This document shows, in pieces, positions 1 to 9,068 of a DNA stretch of 34,030 bases. Each line of letters starts with the position of its first letter. The stretch's first letter is position 1. The stretch is from a virus (taxonomy: Duplodnaviria; Caudoviricetes): the IMG/VR virus record IMGVR_UViG_3300037458_000342, positions 1-34,030 of that record; one strand, given 5' to 3'. A program made the translations under genes and the position numbers. Under the pieces are notes generated by a model. That model was not told the DNA's origin. It made no database searches and was given only the letters and a program-made list of their open reading frames with translations.

Positions 1-37
1 GACACGAGTCAGACCCCCATTTAACCAGAGCGCCCCT
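1..37 (+). repeat. Probable last unit of a TIGR-like dual-repeat array, truncated by the window edge
   Basis: g|acacgagtc (9)|AGACCCCCA (11-19)|tttaaccag (9)|AGCGCCCCT (29-37). Same two repeat types and 9-nt spacing as the array at 25732-26136, but only one unit is visible. Confidence 0.7.
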
Positions 38-47
38 CCTCGGGCTC

Positions 48-1022
48 ATGGACGCCGCTACCATCAAGAGGTTCTTGCGAGCTGTGAACGCGCGTAACGT
101 CACCGTTAGCGGTGGTTGGGTGCAGGCCGCGTGCCCGCTCGCACCGTGGCGGCACAAGTCTGGGCGGGACTCGCATCCGTCGTTCGCCGTGAAGGTGGAG
201 CCGGAGGCCGAAAGCCCCTACAACTGCTTCAGTTGCGGGGGCGGGCCTGACCTGCTGACGTTGGTACAAGCGTTGGCAGCCCACGGCGCGACGGCACCGC
301 GCTATGACCTGAAGACCGCTGTCGCCTTGGCGGTCGAGGACGGGGATCGGCCGATTCGATTCACCGTGAAGGAGTGGGGCGCGGAGGCGGATGCCGAGGA
401 GTACGTGACGCTTCCAGAGCCGTGGTTGGCCACGTTCATGCCCGCGGCGCAGTCGCCGCGTGCCATGCGTTACCTGAAGAGCCGGGACGTACCTGACTCT
501 GTGATCACGTTTCTGGACCTGAGGTACGACACGGAAAAGGATGCCGTCTGTTTCCCGATCCGTGACGCCGAGGGTGTCCTGTGCGCGCTTCGCGGTAGAC
601 GCCTACGCCCGAAGGGCGACGCCCCGAAGTACCACGTGTACGGCGACGCCAAGGGCAGGCGCAACACGGCCGTCTGGTACGGCGAGGCGTGGCTGGACTT
701 CGACAAGCCCGTGCTGATGGTCGAGTCTGTCTTCGACGTTGCGTCGGCTTTACGCGTGTACCGCAATGTGTGCGCGCCGATGACGGCTGGGTTCTCCGAG
801 CGTCGCGCGGCACGCCTGAAGCAAGCCATCGAAGTCGTCACCGTGTTCGACGCTGATCCCGCAGGGGACAAGGCCCGGGCGCGCGCTTCCCAGCGATTGC
901 CGGGCGCCCGCGTTACTCACCTGTACCCGCCGGCCGGGCACAAGGATGTCGGCGACATGTCGGTGGCCGATCTTCGCGAGCTGTTGTCTGGCAAGTTACG
1001 ACTCACAAAGGAGTGGCGATGA
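48..1022 (+). CDS. DNA primase (N-terminal Zn-binding domain plus Toprim domain)
   Basis: CPLAPWRH...YNCFSC zinc motif; YLKSR; FPIRD; Toprim motifs VESVFD and FDADPAG; KDVGDM. Confidence 0.88.
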   Translation: MDAATIKRFLRAVNARNVTVSGGWVQAACPLAPWRHKSGRDSHPSFAVKVEPEAESPYNCFSCGGGPDLLTLVQALAAHGATAPRYDLKTAVALAVEDGDRPIRFTVKEWGAEADAEEYVTLPEPWLATFMPAAQSPRAMRYLKSRDVPDSVITFLDLRYDTEKDAVCFPIRDAEGVLCALRGRRLRPKGDAPKYHVYGDAKGRRNTAVWYGEAWLDFDKPVLMVESVFDVASALRVYRNVCAPMTAGFSERRAARLKQAIEVVTVFDADPAGDKARARASQRLPGARVTHLYPPAGHKDVGDMSVADLRELLSGKLRLTKEWR

Positions 1023-1888
1023 GCGACATCCGCACGCTGGTGCGTAGTACCTACGACTTGCAGGCCCTGAGGATCCAGATGGGGAACAGGATCGCGGCGC
1101 AGTTCAAGGCCAAGCTCGGGCAGGCTCCGGGTACGACCGAGGACACGCTGTCGCCGGACGCGCAGGAGGTGCTGAAGGTCCTGCGGCTGTCGTATACGCG
1201 AATCACCGACGGCGTTGTCTCCGACGCGCGGTTGAGCCGCCTGAAGTTCGAAGGCGACGGGGTCATCGACACACCGACGGAGCTGGCCCTCGTTGCCCAG
1301 TACATCGAGCTGGACACCGCGGAGAAGCGCCAGTTCAGGCGGTTCGAGGACCTGCTGCTGAATTACCCGATCTACACGGAGTTTCTCGCCGGCGTGCGAG
1401 GCTGCGGCCCGGCCATGTCTGGCGTGATCCTGTCGGAGATCGACATCCACAAAGCCCGTTACCCGTCGTCGATATGGCAATACGCCGGCCTTGACGTGAA
1501 GTCCGACGGACGCGGCGCGTCGCGTCGCGCGGAACACTTGATCGACCGCGCCTATGTCGCGAGCGACGGCGAGGTGAAGACGCGCAAGTCGATCACCTTC
1601 AACCCGTTCCTGAAGACGAAGCTGGTGGGCGTGCTGGCTCCGTCCTTCGTGAAGCAAGGGGACGCGTCGCCTTATCGCAAGGTGTACGACGACTACAAGA
1701 ACCGGTTGGCGAACCACCCGAATTGGCAGGAGCGCACGAAAGGGCACCGGCATGCAGCGGCGATGCGGTACATGATCAAGATGTTCCTCGTCGACCTGTA
1801 TCGCGAGTGGCGCACGTTGGAGGGCCTGCCCGTGGCGCCGACCTATCAGGAGGCCAAGCTGGGGCACAGCCACGGTGAGGCCACGTAG
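1019..1888 (+). CDS. tasA: Nop-domain / IS110-related RNA-binding protein with no nuclease domain; TasA-like TIGR-associated protein
   Basis: N-terminal coiled coil (YDLQALRIQMGNRI), then FLAGVRGCGPAMSGVILSEID...SSIWQYAGL and FNPFLKTKL...YRKVYDDYK...HRHAAAMRYMIKMFL, typical of the IS110 C-terminal/Nop fold. No DEDD RuvC domain. AAGGAG RBS and ATGA overlap with the primase stop. Matching dual-repeat arrays are present in the window. Confidence 0.8.
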   Translation: MSDIRTLVRSTYDLQALRIQMGNRIAAQFKAKLGQAPGTTEDTLSPDAQEVLKVLRLSYTRITDGVVSDARLSRLKFEGDGVIDTPTELALVAQYIELDTAEKRQFRRFEDLLLNYPIYTEFLAGVRGCGPAMSGVILSEIDIHKARYPSSIWQYAGLDVKSDGRGASRRAEHLIDRAYVASDGEVKTRKSITFNPFLKTKLVGVLAPSFVKQGDASPYRKVYDDYKNRLANHPNWQERTKGHRHAAAMRYMIKMFLVDLYREWRTLEGLPVAPTYQEAKLGHSHGEAT

Positions 1889-1971
1889 GGCTGGACAGCG
1901 CGGCTCCGGTCGGTATGATCGCCGCCGCACTCAATGATCAGTGCAGGTAACACAGAGCAGTAGGAGCATCC

Positions 1972-3087
1972 ATGGCAATCACGTTTTTGAAGCGCGGGCG
2001 CGCAGCGCAAGATGCGCACGAGAAGGCAGAGAAAGAGGCAGAGGTCCGGGCCGCACAGAACAAGGTGCGACGCTTCTGGGTGCCGAAGGACGGCGAGACG
2101 ACGATCACGTTCCTCGATGGCAAGCTGAACTCCGACGGGCTGCTCGATGTGGTCTCGTACCACGAGCACCGGGTGTTCGCGAACGGTCACTGGCGGAATT
2201 TCTTCCCGTGCACGGCCGCGGAAGAGCCCTGCCCGATCTGCGAGCAGGACAACCAGCCGACCCTCGTGACGGTGTTCAGCGTCCTCGACCACTCCAAGTG
2301 GAAGGACCGCAGCGGCAAGGTGCACCGCCACGAGCGCAAGTTGTTCGTGGCGAAGCGCGACACCGTGAAGCGGTTGCAGAAGCTCGCGTCGAAGCGCGGC
2401 GGCCTCGCCGGCTGGCGCGTCTCAGTCAGCCGCCTCGGGGACCGTTCGCCGGAGGTCGGCACGGACTTCGATTTCGTCGAGAAGGTGAACCTGAAGGCGC
2501 TCGCGGCCGAGTTGAAGCTCAAGCCGGATGACGTCCGTCCGTTCGATTACGACGAGGTGATCCCGTACTTCAGTGCGGACGAGCTGCGCGATGCCGGCTT
2601 CGGTGGTCACGTGGTCGGGCAGCAGGACACGCGTGCGTTGCGCAAGCAGGGCAAGGCGCAGACCACGGACGACGATGACGATGATGACGACGCGTTCACC
2701 TCGCGCAGCCTGAGCAAGAAGAAGGCCAAGCCCGTCGAGGACGACGAGGATGATGACGCCTTCGAAGACGCCGACGGCGAGGAGGCGGACGACGAAGACG
2801 ACGCTCCGCCGGCCAAGGCGAAGGCCAAAGCCAAGAAGAAGGCCAAGCCCGTCGTCGTCGACGACGAGGAGGACGAGGACGAGGACGAGGACGAGGCCCC
2901 GTCTGCGGCACGCGCGCCGTGGCGTAGTGGCAAGAAGAAGGCCGTCAGCGTCCCGGACGACGAGGACGATGACGCGTCGGACGACGAAGACGACGAAGAC
3001 GAGGCGCCTGCGCCGAAGGCCGTGAAGAAGGCGGCCAAGAAGGTGAAGAAGCCCGTCGAGAGCGACGACGAAGACGACGATCTGTAG
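1972..3087 (+). CDS. Single-stranded DNA-binding protein, gp32-like, with long acidic/basic low-complexity tail
   Basis: RRFW...TITFLD...YHEH...FPC...CPIC zinc motif; very acidic C-terminus ending EDDDL; located in the replication block. Confidence 0.7.
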   Translation: MAITFLKRGRAAQDAHEKAEKEAEVRAAQNKVRRFWVPKDGETTITFLDGKLNSDGLLDVVSYHEHRVFANGHWRNFFPCTAAEEPCPICEQDNQPTLVTVFSVLDHSKWKDRSGKVHRHERKLFVAKRDTVKRLQKLASKRGGLAGWRVSVSRLGDRSPEVGTDFDFVEKVNLKALAAELKLKPDDVRPFDYDEVIPYFSADELRDAGFGGHVVGQQDTRALRKQGKAQTTDDDDDDDDAFTSRSLSKKKAKPVEDDEDDDAFEDADGEEADDEDDAPPAKAKAKAKKKAKPVVVDDEEDEDEDEDEAPSAARAPWRSGKKKAVSVPDDEDDDASDDEDDEDEAPAPKAVKKAAKKVKKPVESDDEDDDL

Positions 3088-3099
3088 GCCCCTGAGGAG

Positions 3100-3127
3100 G
3101 CCGCCGGCACGACGCCGGCGGTCTTCT
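3100..3127 (+). terminator. GC-rich hairpin, possible weak terminator or processing site
   Basis: ggccgccggc-acgac-gccggcggtc stem followed by only a short TTCT tract. Confidence 0.4.
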
Positions 3128-4486
3128 ATGCGCACACCACGATACGTACATAGCGCTGCGGTCTACGAGTCCAAGGATTTGCCTGCTGGGGCGTTACGGG
3201 CCACCACGCGATTCGGGGACGAGTACATGCTCGGGCGTGTGCATGAAGACGGCACGCTGTGGATGCCACGCATGTTGTGCCCTCCCGCCGCTGAGGACCG
3301 CCGTTCCAGAGGCCGCCGGGTGGCGTACGATCATAGATTCACCCCGCGGACGCCTGAGCAGGCGCGGGTGTCTGAGCGCGGCCGGCAGATGCTGCTGGAT
3401 GGGCGCAGTTTCATCCTTCGCGCTCCAACCGGGTGGGGGAAGACCGTTGTCGGGTGCTCTCTGATCTCGGCGCCGCAGCGACGCACGCTGGTGATCACGA
3501 CCAAGGAGGACATCATCAAGCAGTGGGTGGACGCTGCGATCAAGGTGCTCGGGCTGGCGAGAGACGACGTCGGGCTGTGGTGCGGTGATTCAGTGCCTCG
3601 CGACGATCAGCCACTGGTGGTCGGGCTGGTGCAGTCGATCATGAAGGGCCCTGAGCGCTACCCGGGCGTGGACTATGCGAGCTTCGGGCTCGTGGTGTGC
3701 GACGAGGTGCATCGCATGGGGGCGGAGCATTTCAGCCAAGCCATGTGGTGGTTCCCGGGCCGGCTGAGGCTCGGGCTGTCGGCGACGCCGTATCGCAAGG
3801 ATGGGCGGGAGCAGGTGTTCCTCGGTCACATCGGGCAGGTGGAACTCACGGCGACCCAGCAGACGCTGGTGCCGCGGGTGGTGGTTCGCAGCTCCGACTG
3901 GCGCGTGCCTCGCGTGGTGCGCGACGGGAAGCTGATCAGGCTGCCTCACACCGCGGGCAAGCTGGGCCACGTCAACAAGCTGCTGGGGCGGCACGAGCCT
4001 CGCAACCGCATGATCGCCCGTTTCGTGTTCACGGCGTACGGTCGCGGACGTAACACCGTGGTGTTCTCCGACTCCATTGACCACCTGAGGCGGCTGCACG
4101 CGGCCTTCAGGGCGCACGGGGTACGGGACGCCGACATCGGGTACTACGTGGGTATTACGCAGGGAGGCGTGGACTCGGTCTACGCGGGCGGCAAGAAGGA
4201 TCGGGTGGCGCAGCGCGAGGCCGATAAGCTGAAGCGGGTCGTGCTCGCAACATATCAGATGGCCAGCGAGGCGACGGACGTCCCGCAGTGGGACACGTGC
4301 GTGCTGGCGGTCCCCCGCAGTGACGTCGTGCAGATCGTCGGACGGATCCGCCGCGAGCACCCCGGCAAGGGGATCCCCGTCGTGCTCGACATCCTCGACG
4401 CGGATTCACCGATTTACGAACGCTTCCATCGGTCGCGTGTGCGCTGGTACAGGAGCATCGGCTGTGACATTCGATTTAAGGGTTGA
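3128..4486 (+). CDS. Superfamily 2 (DExH) helicase
   Basis: Walker A APTGWGKT, DEVH, SATP, QIVGRIRR. Confidence 0.92.
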   Translation: MRTPRYVHSAAVYESKDLPAGALRATTRFGDEYMLGRVHEDGTLWMPRMLCPPAAEDRRSRGRRVAYDHRFTPRTPEQARVSERGRQMLLDGRSFILRAPTGWGKTVVGCSLISAPQRRTLVITTKEDIIKQWVDAAIKVLGLARDDVGLWCGDSVPRDDQPLVVGLVQSIMKGPERYPGVDYASFGLVVCDEVHRMGAEHFSQAMWWFPGRLRLGLSATPYRKDGREQVFLGHIGQVELTATQQTLVPRVVVRSSDWRVPRVVRDGKLIRLPHTAGKLGHVNKLLGRHEPRNRMIARFVFTAYGRGRNTVVFSDSIDHLRRLHAAFRAHGVRDADIGYYVGITQGGVDSVYAGGKKDRVAQREADKLKRVVLATYQMASEATDVPQWDTCVLAVPRSDVVQIVGRIRREHPGKGIPVVLDILDADSPIYERFHRSRVRWYRSIGCDIRFKG

Positions 4487-4511
4487 CAAACGGAGAGGTG
4501 GTACCGACAAT
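4483..4511 (+). promoter_or_regulatory. sigma70-like promoter with conserved box
   Basis: TTGACA-17 nt-GACAAT; begins TTGACAAACG. Confidence 0.6.
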
Positions 4512-4539
4512 GACCAAATCTTCACCCCCAAGAGTGCCT

Positions 4540-5067
4540 ATGGAACCCAGCACCGACGCAATTGAGCGCAATCGGGCGTCTGTCCGTCGCTGGTACGCCG
4601 CCAACCGGGAGGAGTACTCGGCGCTTCGACGCCGTCGTTACAAGGCCAACCCGAAGCTGCGAGCCAAGGCGCGCAAGGCGGCGGCCAAGTATCGCCGTGA
4701 TCGGCAGCGCGGACTCATTCAGGTGCGGCGGACGCTGTCCCGCACGCTCAATGGCGTCGCGGTGACGGTGTACACGTCCGGGCACGTCACGGACCGAATC
4801 CAGTGTAGCCCGCAGGTGCTCCGGAGCTGGGAGGAGCGCGGCTGGTTGCCGCGGCCTATTTTCGAGGGTGAGAAGCACCGGCTCTACACGGCGCATCAGG
4901 TGGGGCTGATCAAGCTGCTGGCCGACGTGGCGCGCCCGAAGCGCGGGCGTCGCGTGTCCGCGGGCCCGGTCCTGAGTGAGATCGTGGACGTCATCCACAA
5001 GACGTGGAGGGTCGAGTGTGGCAGTCAAGCTGAAAAAGTCCAAGACGGCCGTCGCCGCCGTCGTTAG
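4540..5067 (+). CDS. MerR-type HTH DNA-binding protein with Arg-rich N-terminal helix (start uncertain, 4510 or 4540)
   Basis: YTSGHVTDRIQCSPQVLRSWEERGWLPRP...HRLYTAHQV matches the MerR HTH pattern. Confidence 0.7.
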   Translation: MEPSTDAIERNRASVRRWYAANREEYSALRRRRYKANPKLRAKARKAAAKYRRDRQRGLIQVRRTLSRTLNGVAVTVYTSGHVTDRIQCSPQVLRSWEERGWLPRPIFEGEKHRLYTAHQVGLIKLLADVARPKRGRRVSAGPVLSEIVDVIHKTWRVECGSQAEKVQDGRRRRR

Positions 5068-5347
5068 CACGGAGCGGTCCTCGGGGGCTCCTCAGCAGGA
5101 GTCCGTCCCGGTGCGCGTGGTGGAGTCCTCTGGAGAGCCGATGGCTAACGTGGGGTTCTCCGCGTCCATGACGCGCAACCTCGGCAACTACGAGTCCGTG
5201 AAGTTCACGGTAGCGCTGTACATGCCGGTGCCGGTCGACCTGTCTGCGGGGGCGGATCCTACGCCGGCGCTGGATGCGAATTTCCAGTACGTCCAGCAGT
5301 GGGTGGACGCTAAGATCGGCGCCATGCTGGATGAGCTGAATGAGTAA
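5018..5347 (+). CDS. Hypothetical phage protein
   Basis: GGAGG RBS, GTG start, TRNLGNYESVK motif; overlaps the recA start. Confidence 0.7.
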   Translation: MAVKLKKSKTAVAAVVSTERSSGAPQQESVPVRVVESSGEPMANVGFSASMTRNLGNYESVKFTVALYMPVPVDLSAGADPTPALDANFQYVQQWVDAKIGAMLDELNE

Positions 5348-6401
5348 GCTCAAGGAGCTGGTAGCGAAGTTCAACAAGGACCACAAGTACGAAGTGGTCA
5401 AAGTTGGAATCACGCGCGACGATCCGCCCCGGATACCGACGGGGGTGTTCCAGTTCGACCTAGCTACCGGCGGGGGAATCCCCGCGGGCCGGGTGACGGT
5501 GCTCTACGGCGCCGAGTCCTCAATGAAGACTACGATGGCGTGCAAAGTCATCGCGTCGGCACAACGCATGTGGCCTGAGCGGCGCGCGGTGTTCGTGGAC
5601 CTCGAAGGCACGTTCAGCCGAGGCTGGGCGCGGCGCATGGGGGTGGATACCGACGCCATGGTGTACGCGAAGCCGTCGAGCGCTGAGCAGGCGGTGGACC
5701 TCATCGAGGGCCTCATCTACGCCGAGGACGTGTCTGTCGTGGTGCTCGATTCCGTGGCCGCACTGGTCACGCAACACGAGCTGGATTCACCCGCCGAGAA
5801 GGCCATGGTTGGCACGCAGGGGATCCTCATCAATAAGCTGTACCGCAAGACGGCTCGGGCGTTGAGCATCGCCGAGGAAGAGGGGCGGCAGCCCACGCTG
5901 GTGATGATCAATCAGATCCGATTCAAGGTCGGCGTCACGCACGGCGATCCGGAGACGATGCCCGGTGGGCCGTCGTTCAAATACGCTGCGAGTCTCGTGG
6001 TGCGCCTGTACGGGAAGGACGAGTACCTGAAGGACCTGAGCACCACGCTGCCGGCGTACAAGAAGATTTCAGCCATCGTGAAGAAGTGGAAGGTGCCGAT
6101 AACGGCGCGCGCCTTCGAGTACGCGCTGGCGCTGCTTCCAAACCCAAAGCTCGGGCTGGTCGTGGGCGAGTCTTACGACGTCGCAACGATCATGCACTAC
6201 CTCAAGTCGTACGAGCTGCTCGTGAAAGCGGCTAAGTCCGGGTGGGTGGTGCGCGACGAGCATGGCGAGATACTCATCGAGGCCAAGACGCAGGAGGCCA
6301 TCGAGACCAAGATCCGGACGGAGCCAGAGTTCAACACGACGATACGCGCGCTGATCCTGCGCATCGTGTTGGAGCAAGGCGAACACCTCGACCCGAACTG
6401 A
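5340..6401 (+). CDS. recA: RecA/UvsX-like recombinase
   Basis: IPTGVFQFDLATGGGIPAGRVTVLYGAESSMKTT, FVDLE, VVLDSVAAL, INQIRFKVG, PETMPGG...ASLVVRL. Confidence 0.93.
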   Translation: MSKLKELVAKFNKDHKYEVVKVGITRDDPPRIPTGVFQFDLATGGGIPAGRVTVLYGAESSMKTTMACKVIASAQRMWPERRAVFVDLEGTFSRGWARRMGVDTDAMVYAKPSSAEQAVDLIEGLIYAEDVSVVVLDSVAALVTQHELDSPAEKAMVGTQGILINKLYRKTARALSIAEEEGRQPTLVMINQIRFKVGVTHGDPETMPGGPSFKYAASLVVRLYGKDEYLKDLSTTLPAYKKISAIVKKWKVPITARAFEYALALLPNPKLGLVVGESYDVATIMHYLKSYELLVKAAKSGWVVRDEHGEILIEAKTQEAIETKIRTEPEFNTTIRALILRIVLEQGEHLDPN

Positions 6402-6408
6402 GGCCCGC

Positions 6409-6759
6409 ATGCCAGTTGACAACCCGTACTTGCGGCGCACCCGCAACCCGACGCATGGGCAGCAGGCGGAGAAGCGCGCTGCCAGACGCCTCGGGGGTAG
6501 GCAGACGCCAGCCAGCGGCGCACTGGAGGGCGCCAAGGGCGACATCCGACGGGGCAGGTTCTTGCTGGAGAGCAAGGCCACGCGCAAGCGCTCGATGAGC
6601 GTGCAGCTCGCGTGGCTGGAGAAGATCAGCAAGGAGGCGTTGGACGCCGGCCTAGACCCCGGTGTCGTGCTCCAGTTCGTAGACTCTACGGGGCGCTCGT
6701 ATCCGGCCGGGCGCTGGGTACTCGTGCCTGAACGGGTGTTCGAGGAGCTGACGGCGTGA
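6409..6759 (+). CDS. Hjc-type Holliday junction resolvase (PD-(D/E)XK)
   Basis: AEKRAA...PASGA...KGDI...LLESKAT. Confidence 0.75.
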   Translation: MPVDNPYLRRTRNPTHGQQAEKRAARRLGGRQTPASGALEGAKGDIRRGRFLLESKATRKRSMSVQLAWLEKISKEALDAGLDPGVVLQFVDSTGRSYPAGRWVLVPERVFEELTA

Positions 6760-7661
6760 AGCGGCGTCTCAAGGGCAAGGTGCAGCCGACGCTGTCAGTC
6801 AAGGACTTGCTGATCGCGGAGATCGGCGGACACGAGGTGGCGCGCCCCGCTGGCGAGCTGCATGCGTCGGATCTCACGCGTACGGACCCGGAGTTCTGCC
6901 CTCGCGAGGTCGTGCTGATGCGGAGGCTCGGTGTCAAGCCGAAGCCAATCCGTGTGGAGCACGCCATGCGCGTTACGTGGGACGACGGCCATGATCGGCA
7001 GTGGCGCATCAATAACCAGTACCTGCGTGACTACATGATCGGCGATTGGCGCTGTGCACGTTGCGACGAAGCCGTGGCGTGGTCTCGGTATCCTGAGGAG
7101 TACGAGTCATCGTGCTACCCCGGGGGCCACGTGTGGCAGTACCGTGAACCTGTGTTCAAGCACCCCAGCGGGTTTACGGGGTCGCTTGATGGCGTGGTGG
7201 CCTTCGGTGCCTCGCGGCGCCGTCCGCTGGAGATCAAGATCGTCAAGGGCGAGCCCACCAAGGGGTCGCAGGCGCCGAATTTCAGAGAGATCATCGCGCC
7301 CCTTGCTGAACACCTTGTGCGCACCCGGCTCTACCTGCGCCTGATCGCAGAATCAGAGGACCGGCGTGCACGGATGATCGACACGTCGGCAGCGCATGTG
7401 CTCTACGTGTCGCGGGGGCACGGCGCCAAGGACGAGCATGGGCTCGTGACGCCGTTCAAGGAGTTCGTGGTTGAGCGTGACGACGCGTCGGTGGAGCGCT
7501 ACGTCAAGATGGCGATGGCGGTGCGCGCGGGGGAAGAGGGCAGGACTCCTGAGGGGGTATGCCCCTCGGCGATGTGCCGCCGCGCCAAATCGTGCGCGGT
7601 GGTGAAGGAGTGCTTCTCTGGCAAGCACCCGGCGAACCTCAAGTGGAGGGCATCCAAGTGA
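6756..7661 (+). CDS. Cas4-like PD-(D/E)XK exonuclease
   Basis: LHASDL...FCPR, GSLDGVV...LEIK, C-terminal C..C..C...C cluster. Confidence 0.72.
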   Translation: MKRRLKGKVQPTLSVKDLLIAEIGGHEVARPAGELHASDLTRTDPEFCPREVVLMRRLGVKPKPIRVEHAMRVTWDDGHDRQWRINNQYLRDYMIGDWRCARCDEAVAWSRYPEEYESSCYPGGHVWQYREPVFKHPSGFTGSLDGVVAFGASRRRPLEIKIVKGEPTKGSQAPNFREIIAPLAEHLVRTRLYLRLIAESEDRRARMIDTSAAHVLYVSRGHGAKDEHGLVTPFKEFVVERDDASVERYVKMAMAVRAGEEGRTPEGVCPSAMCRRAKSCAVVKECFSGKHPANLKWRASK

Positions 7662-8227
7662 TCATTGCGGGACTGGACGTTGCGACTCACCTAGGCTTCG
7701 CCGTGTGGTCGGAGGGCGTGATCGTGCACAAGAGCGTGGTGCACTACCCGCCGGAGGAGGGCACGGAGCAGGACCGTGGGCTTCGCATGCGTCGGTATGA
7801 GCGGTACGCCGCGGCCGTCGAGGATCTGCTGAGCGAATGGGCTGTATCGCACGTATTCGTCGAGGGGTACGGTTATGCGAACAGCCGGACCCTAGTGACG
7901 CTGGTGGAGCTAGGCACGGCGGTGCGTCTCGTCCTCCATGAGAGCGCCGCCCGCTGGTCTGAGGTGGCTCCGAGCGTGCTGAAGAAGTTCGTCACCGGCA
8001 ACGGCGCGGCGAAGAAGGACCTGATGCTCCTAGAGGTCTACAAGCGGTTCAAGGTGTCGTGTAGCACGCACGACGAAGCTGACGCCGTGGCGCTGGCGAT
8101 GTTCGGAGCGGCGTCTCTAGGCGAACCGGTAGACCTGCCGGCGGCGCAGTTGGCGCTTGCGCGGCGCGCTCCAGTGAAACGACGCCCCAAAGCCAAGCGC
8201 GCTTCACCGGACTTGACAAACGAATAA
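7658..8227 (+). CDS. ruvC: RuvC-like Holliday junction resolvase
   Basis: IAGLDVATHLGFA, VFVEGYGY, PSVLKKFVTGNGAAKKD, HDEADAVALA; GTGA overlap start. Confidence 0.85.
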   Translation: MIIAGLDVATHLGFAVWSEGVIVHKSVVHYPPEEGTEQDRGLRMRRYERYAAAVEDLLSEWAVSHVFVEGYGYANSRTLVTLVELGTAVRLVLHESAARWSEVAPSVLKKFVTGNGAAKKDLMLLEVYKRFKVSCSTHDEADAVALAMFGAASLGEPVDLPAAQLALARRAPVKRRPKAKRASPDLTNE

Positions 8228-8242
8228 CAGCGTGTATACGAT
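8213..8242 (+). promoter_or_regulatory. sigma70-like promoter with conserved box
   Basis: TTGACAAACG; TTGACA-18 nt-TACGAT; AAGGAGG RBS downstream. Confidence 0.6.
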
Positions 8243-8269
8243 GCTGGCGTGGGACTAAAGGAGGTCCGT

Positions 8270-9064
8270 ATGACCAAGGCACCATCGCAGGCCGTCATGC
8301 CCAAGGCCAAGAAGAGCGTCAAGAAGCCCGTGGCCTCGAAAGTCGAGGATCCGCTGCTGGCACTGGCGCACGAAGTCGAAAACATGAGCCGTGAGCAGGC
8401 GTTTGCGGCCCTGCCGGCGCTCATGGAGAGCGTCGACAGCAACTACATCCGCCTCGGTGGCGTGCTTGCCACGATCCGCGACGAGGGGTGGTGGCAGGAG
8501 GAGGGGTACGCGACGCTGAGCGAGTGCTTGGAGAGGCACTTCGGGCTCCAGTACCGAAAGGCCGCGTACCTCATGCAGACCTACGAGAACCTGATCAATT
8601 CAGGGGTCGCGTGGGAGCAGGTCAAAGCCCTCGGGTGGAGCAAGCTCCGGGTGGTGTCGTCGGTGCTCACCAAGGAAAACGTCGATGAGTGGGTGGCGAA
8701 GGCCGTCGGGCTCACGGTGCTCCAGCTCTACGACGTCGTGCGCGAGTTCAAGTCTCAGGCGCTGGAGACCAGCGGCGTGACCCCGGAGGAGATCGAGTCG
8801 AAGACGACCACGATCAGCTTCAAGGTGCACGTCGACCAGAAGGAGACGATCAAGCAGGCCGTCGAGAAGGCACGCAAGGAGGCGAACACGGAGTACGACG
8901 CCGTCGCGCTCGAAGCCATCTGCATCAACTACCTCAGCGGCGGCAAGGTCACGAAGCCGAAGAGCCTGAAGGCCGTGCTCAGCAAGTACTCACCGGAGGA
9001 CGTCTTGACGGCGTTCGGGGAGATCTGGCCGGACATCGAGATCGAAGCCACGCTGCCGGAGTGA
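8270..9064 (+). CDS. Hypothetical helical protein, possibly DNA-binding
   Basis: Strong RBS and phage-like codon usage; C-terminal TTTISFKVHVDQKETIKQAVEKA looks ribbon-helix-helix-like. Confidence 0.75.
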   Translation: MTKAPSQAVMPKAKKSVKKPVASKVEDPLLALAHEVENMSREQAFAALPALMESVDSNYIRLGGVLATIRDEGWWQEEGYATLSECLERHFGLQYRKAAYLMQTYENLINSGVAWEQVKALGWSKLRVVSSVLTKENVDEWVAKAVGLTVLQLYDVVREFKSQALETSGVTPEEIESKTTTISFKVHVDQKETIKQAVEKARKEANTEYDAVALEAICINYLSGGKVTKPKSLKAVLSKYSPEDVLTAFGEIWPDIEIEATLPE

Positions 9065-9068
9065 TGCC

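Noticed and set aside
1019-1888. Active IS110/IS1111 insertion sequence
   Set aside because: No N-terminal DEDD RuvC-like domain, no adjacent non-coding end large enough for a bridge RNA, and the gene is coupled into the replication operon.
6756-7661. cas4 as evidence of a CRISPR-Cas locus
   Set aside because: Stand-alone Cas4-like nucleases are common in phage recombination modules; no cas1 or cas2 is present.
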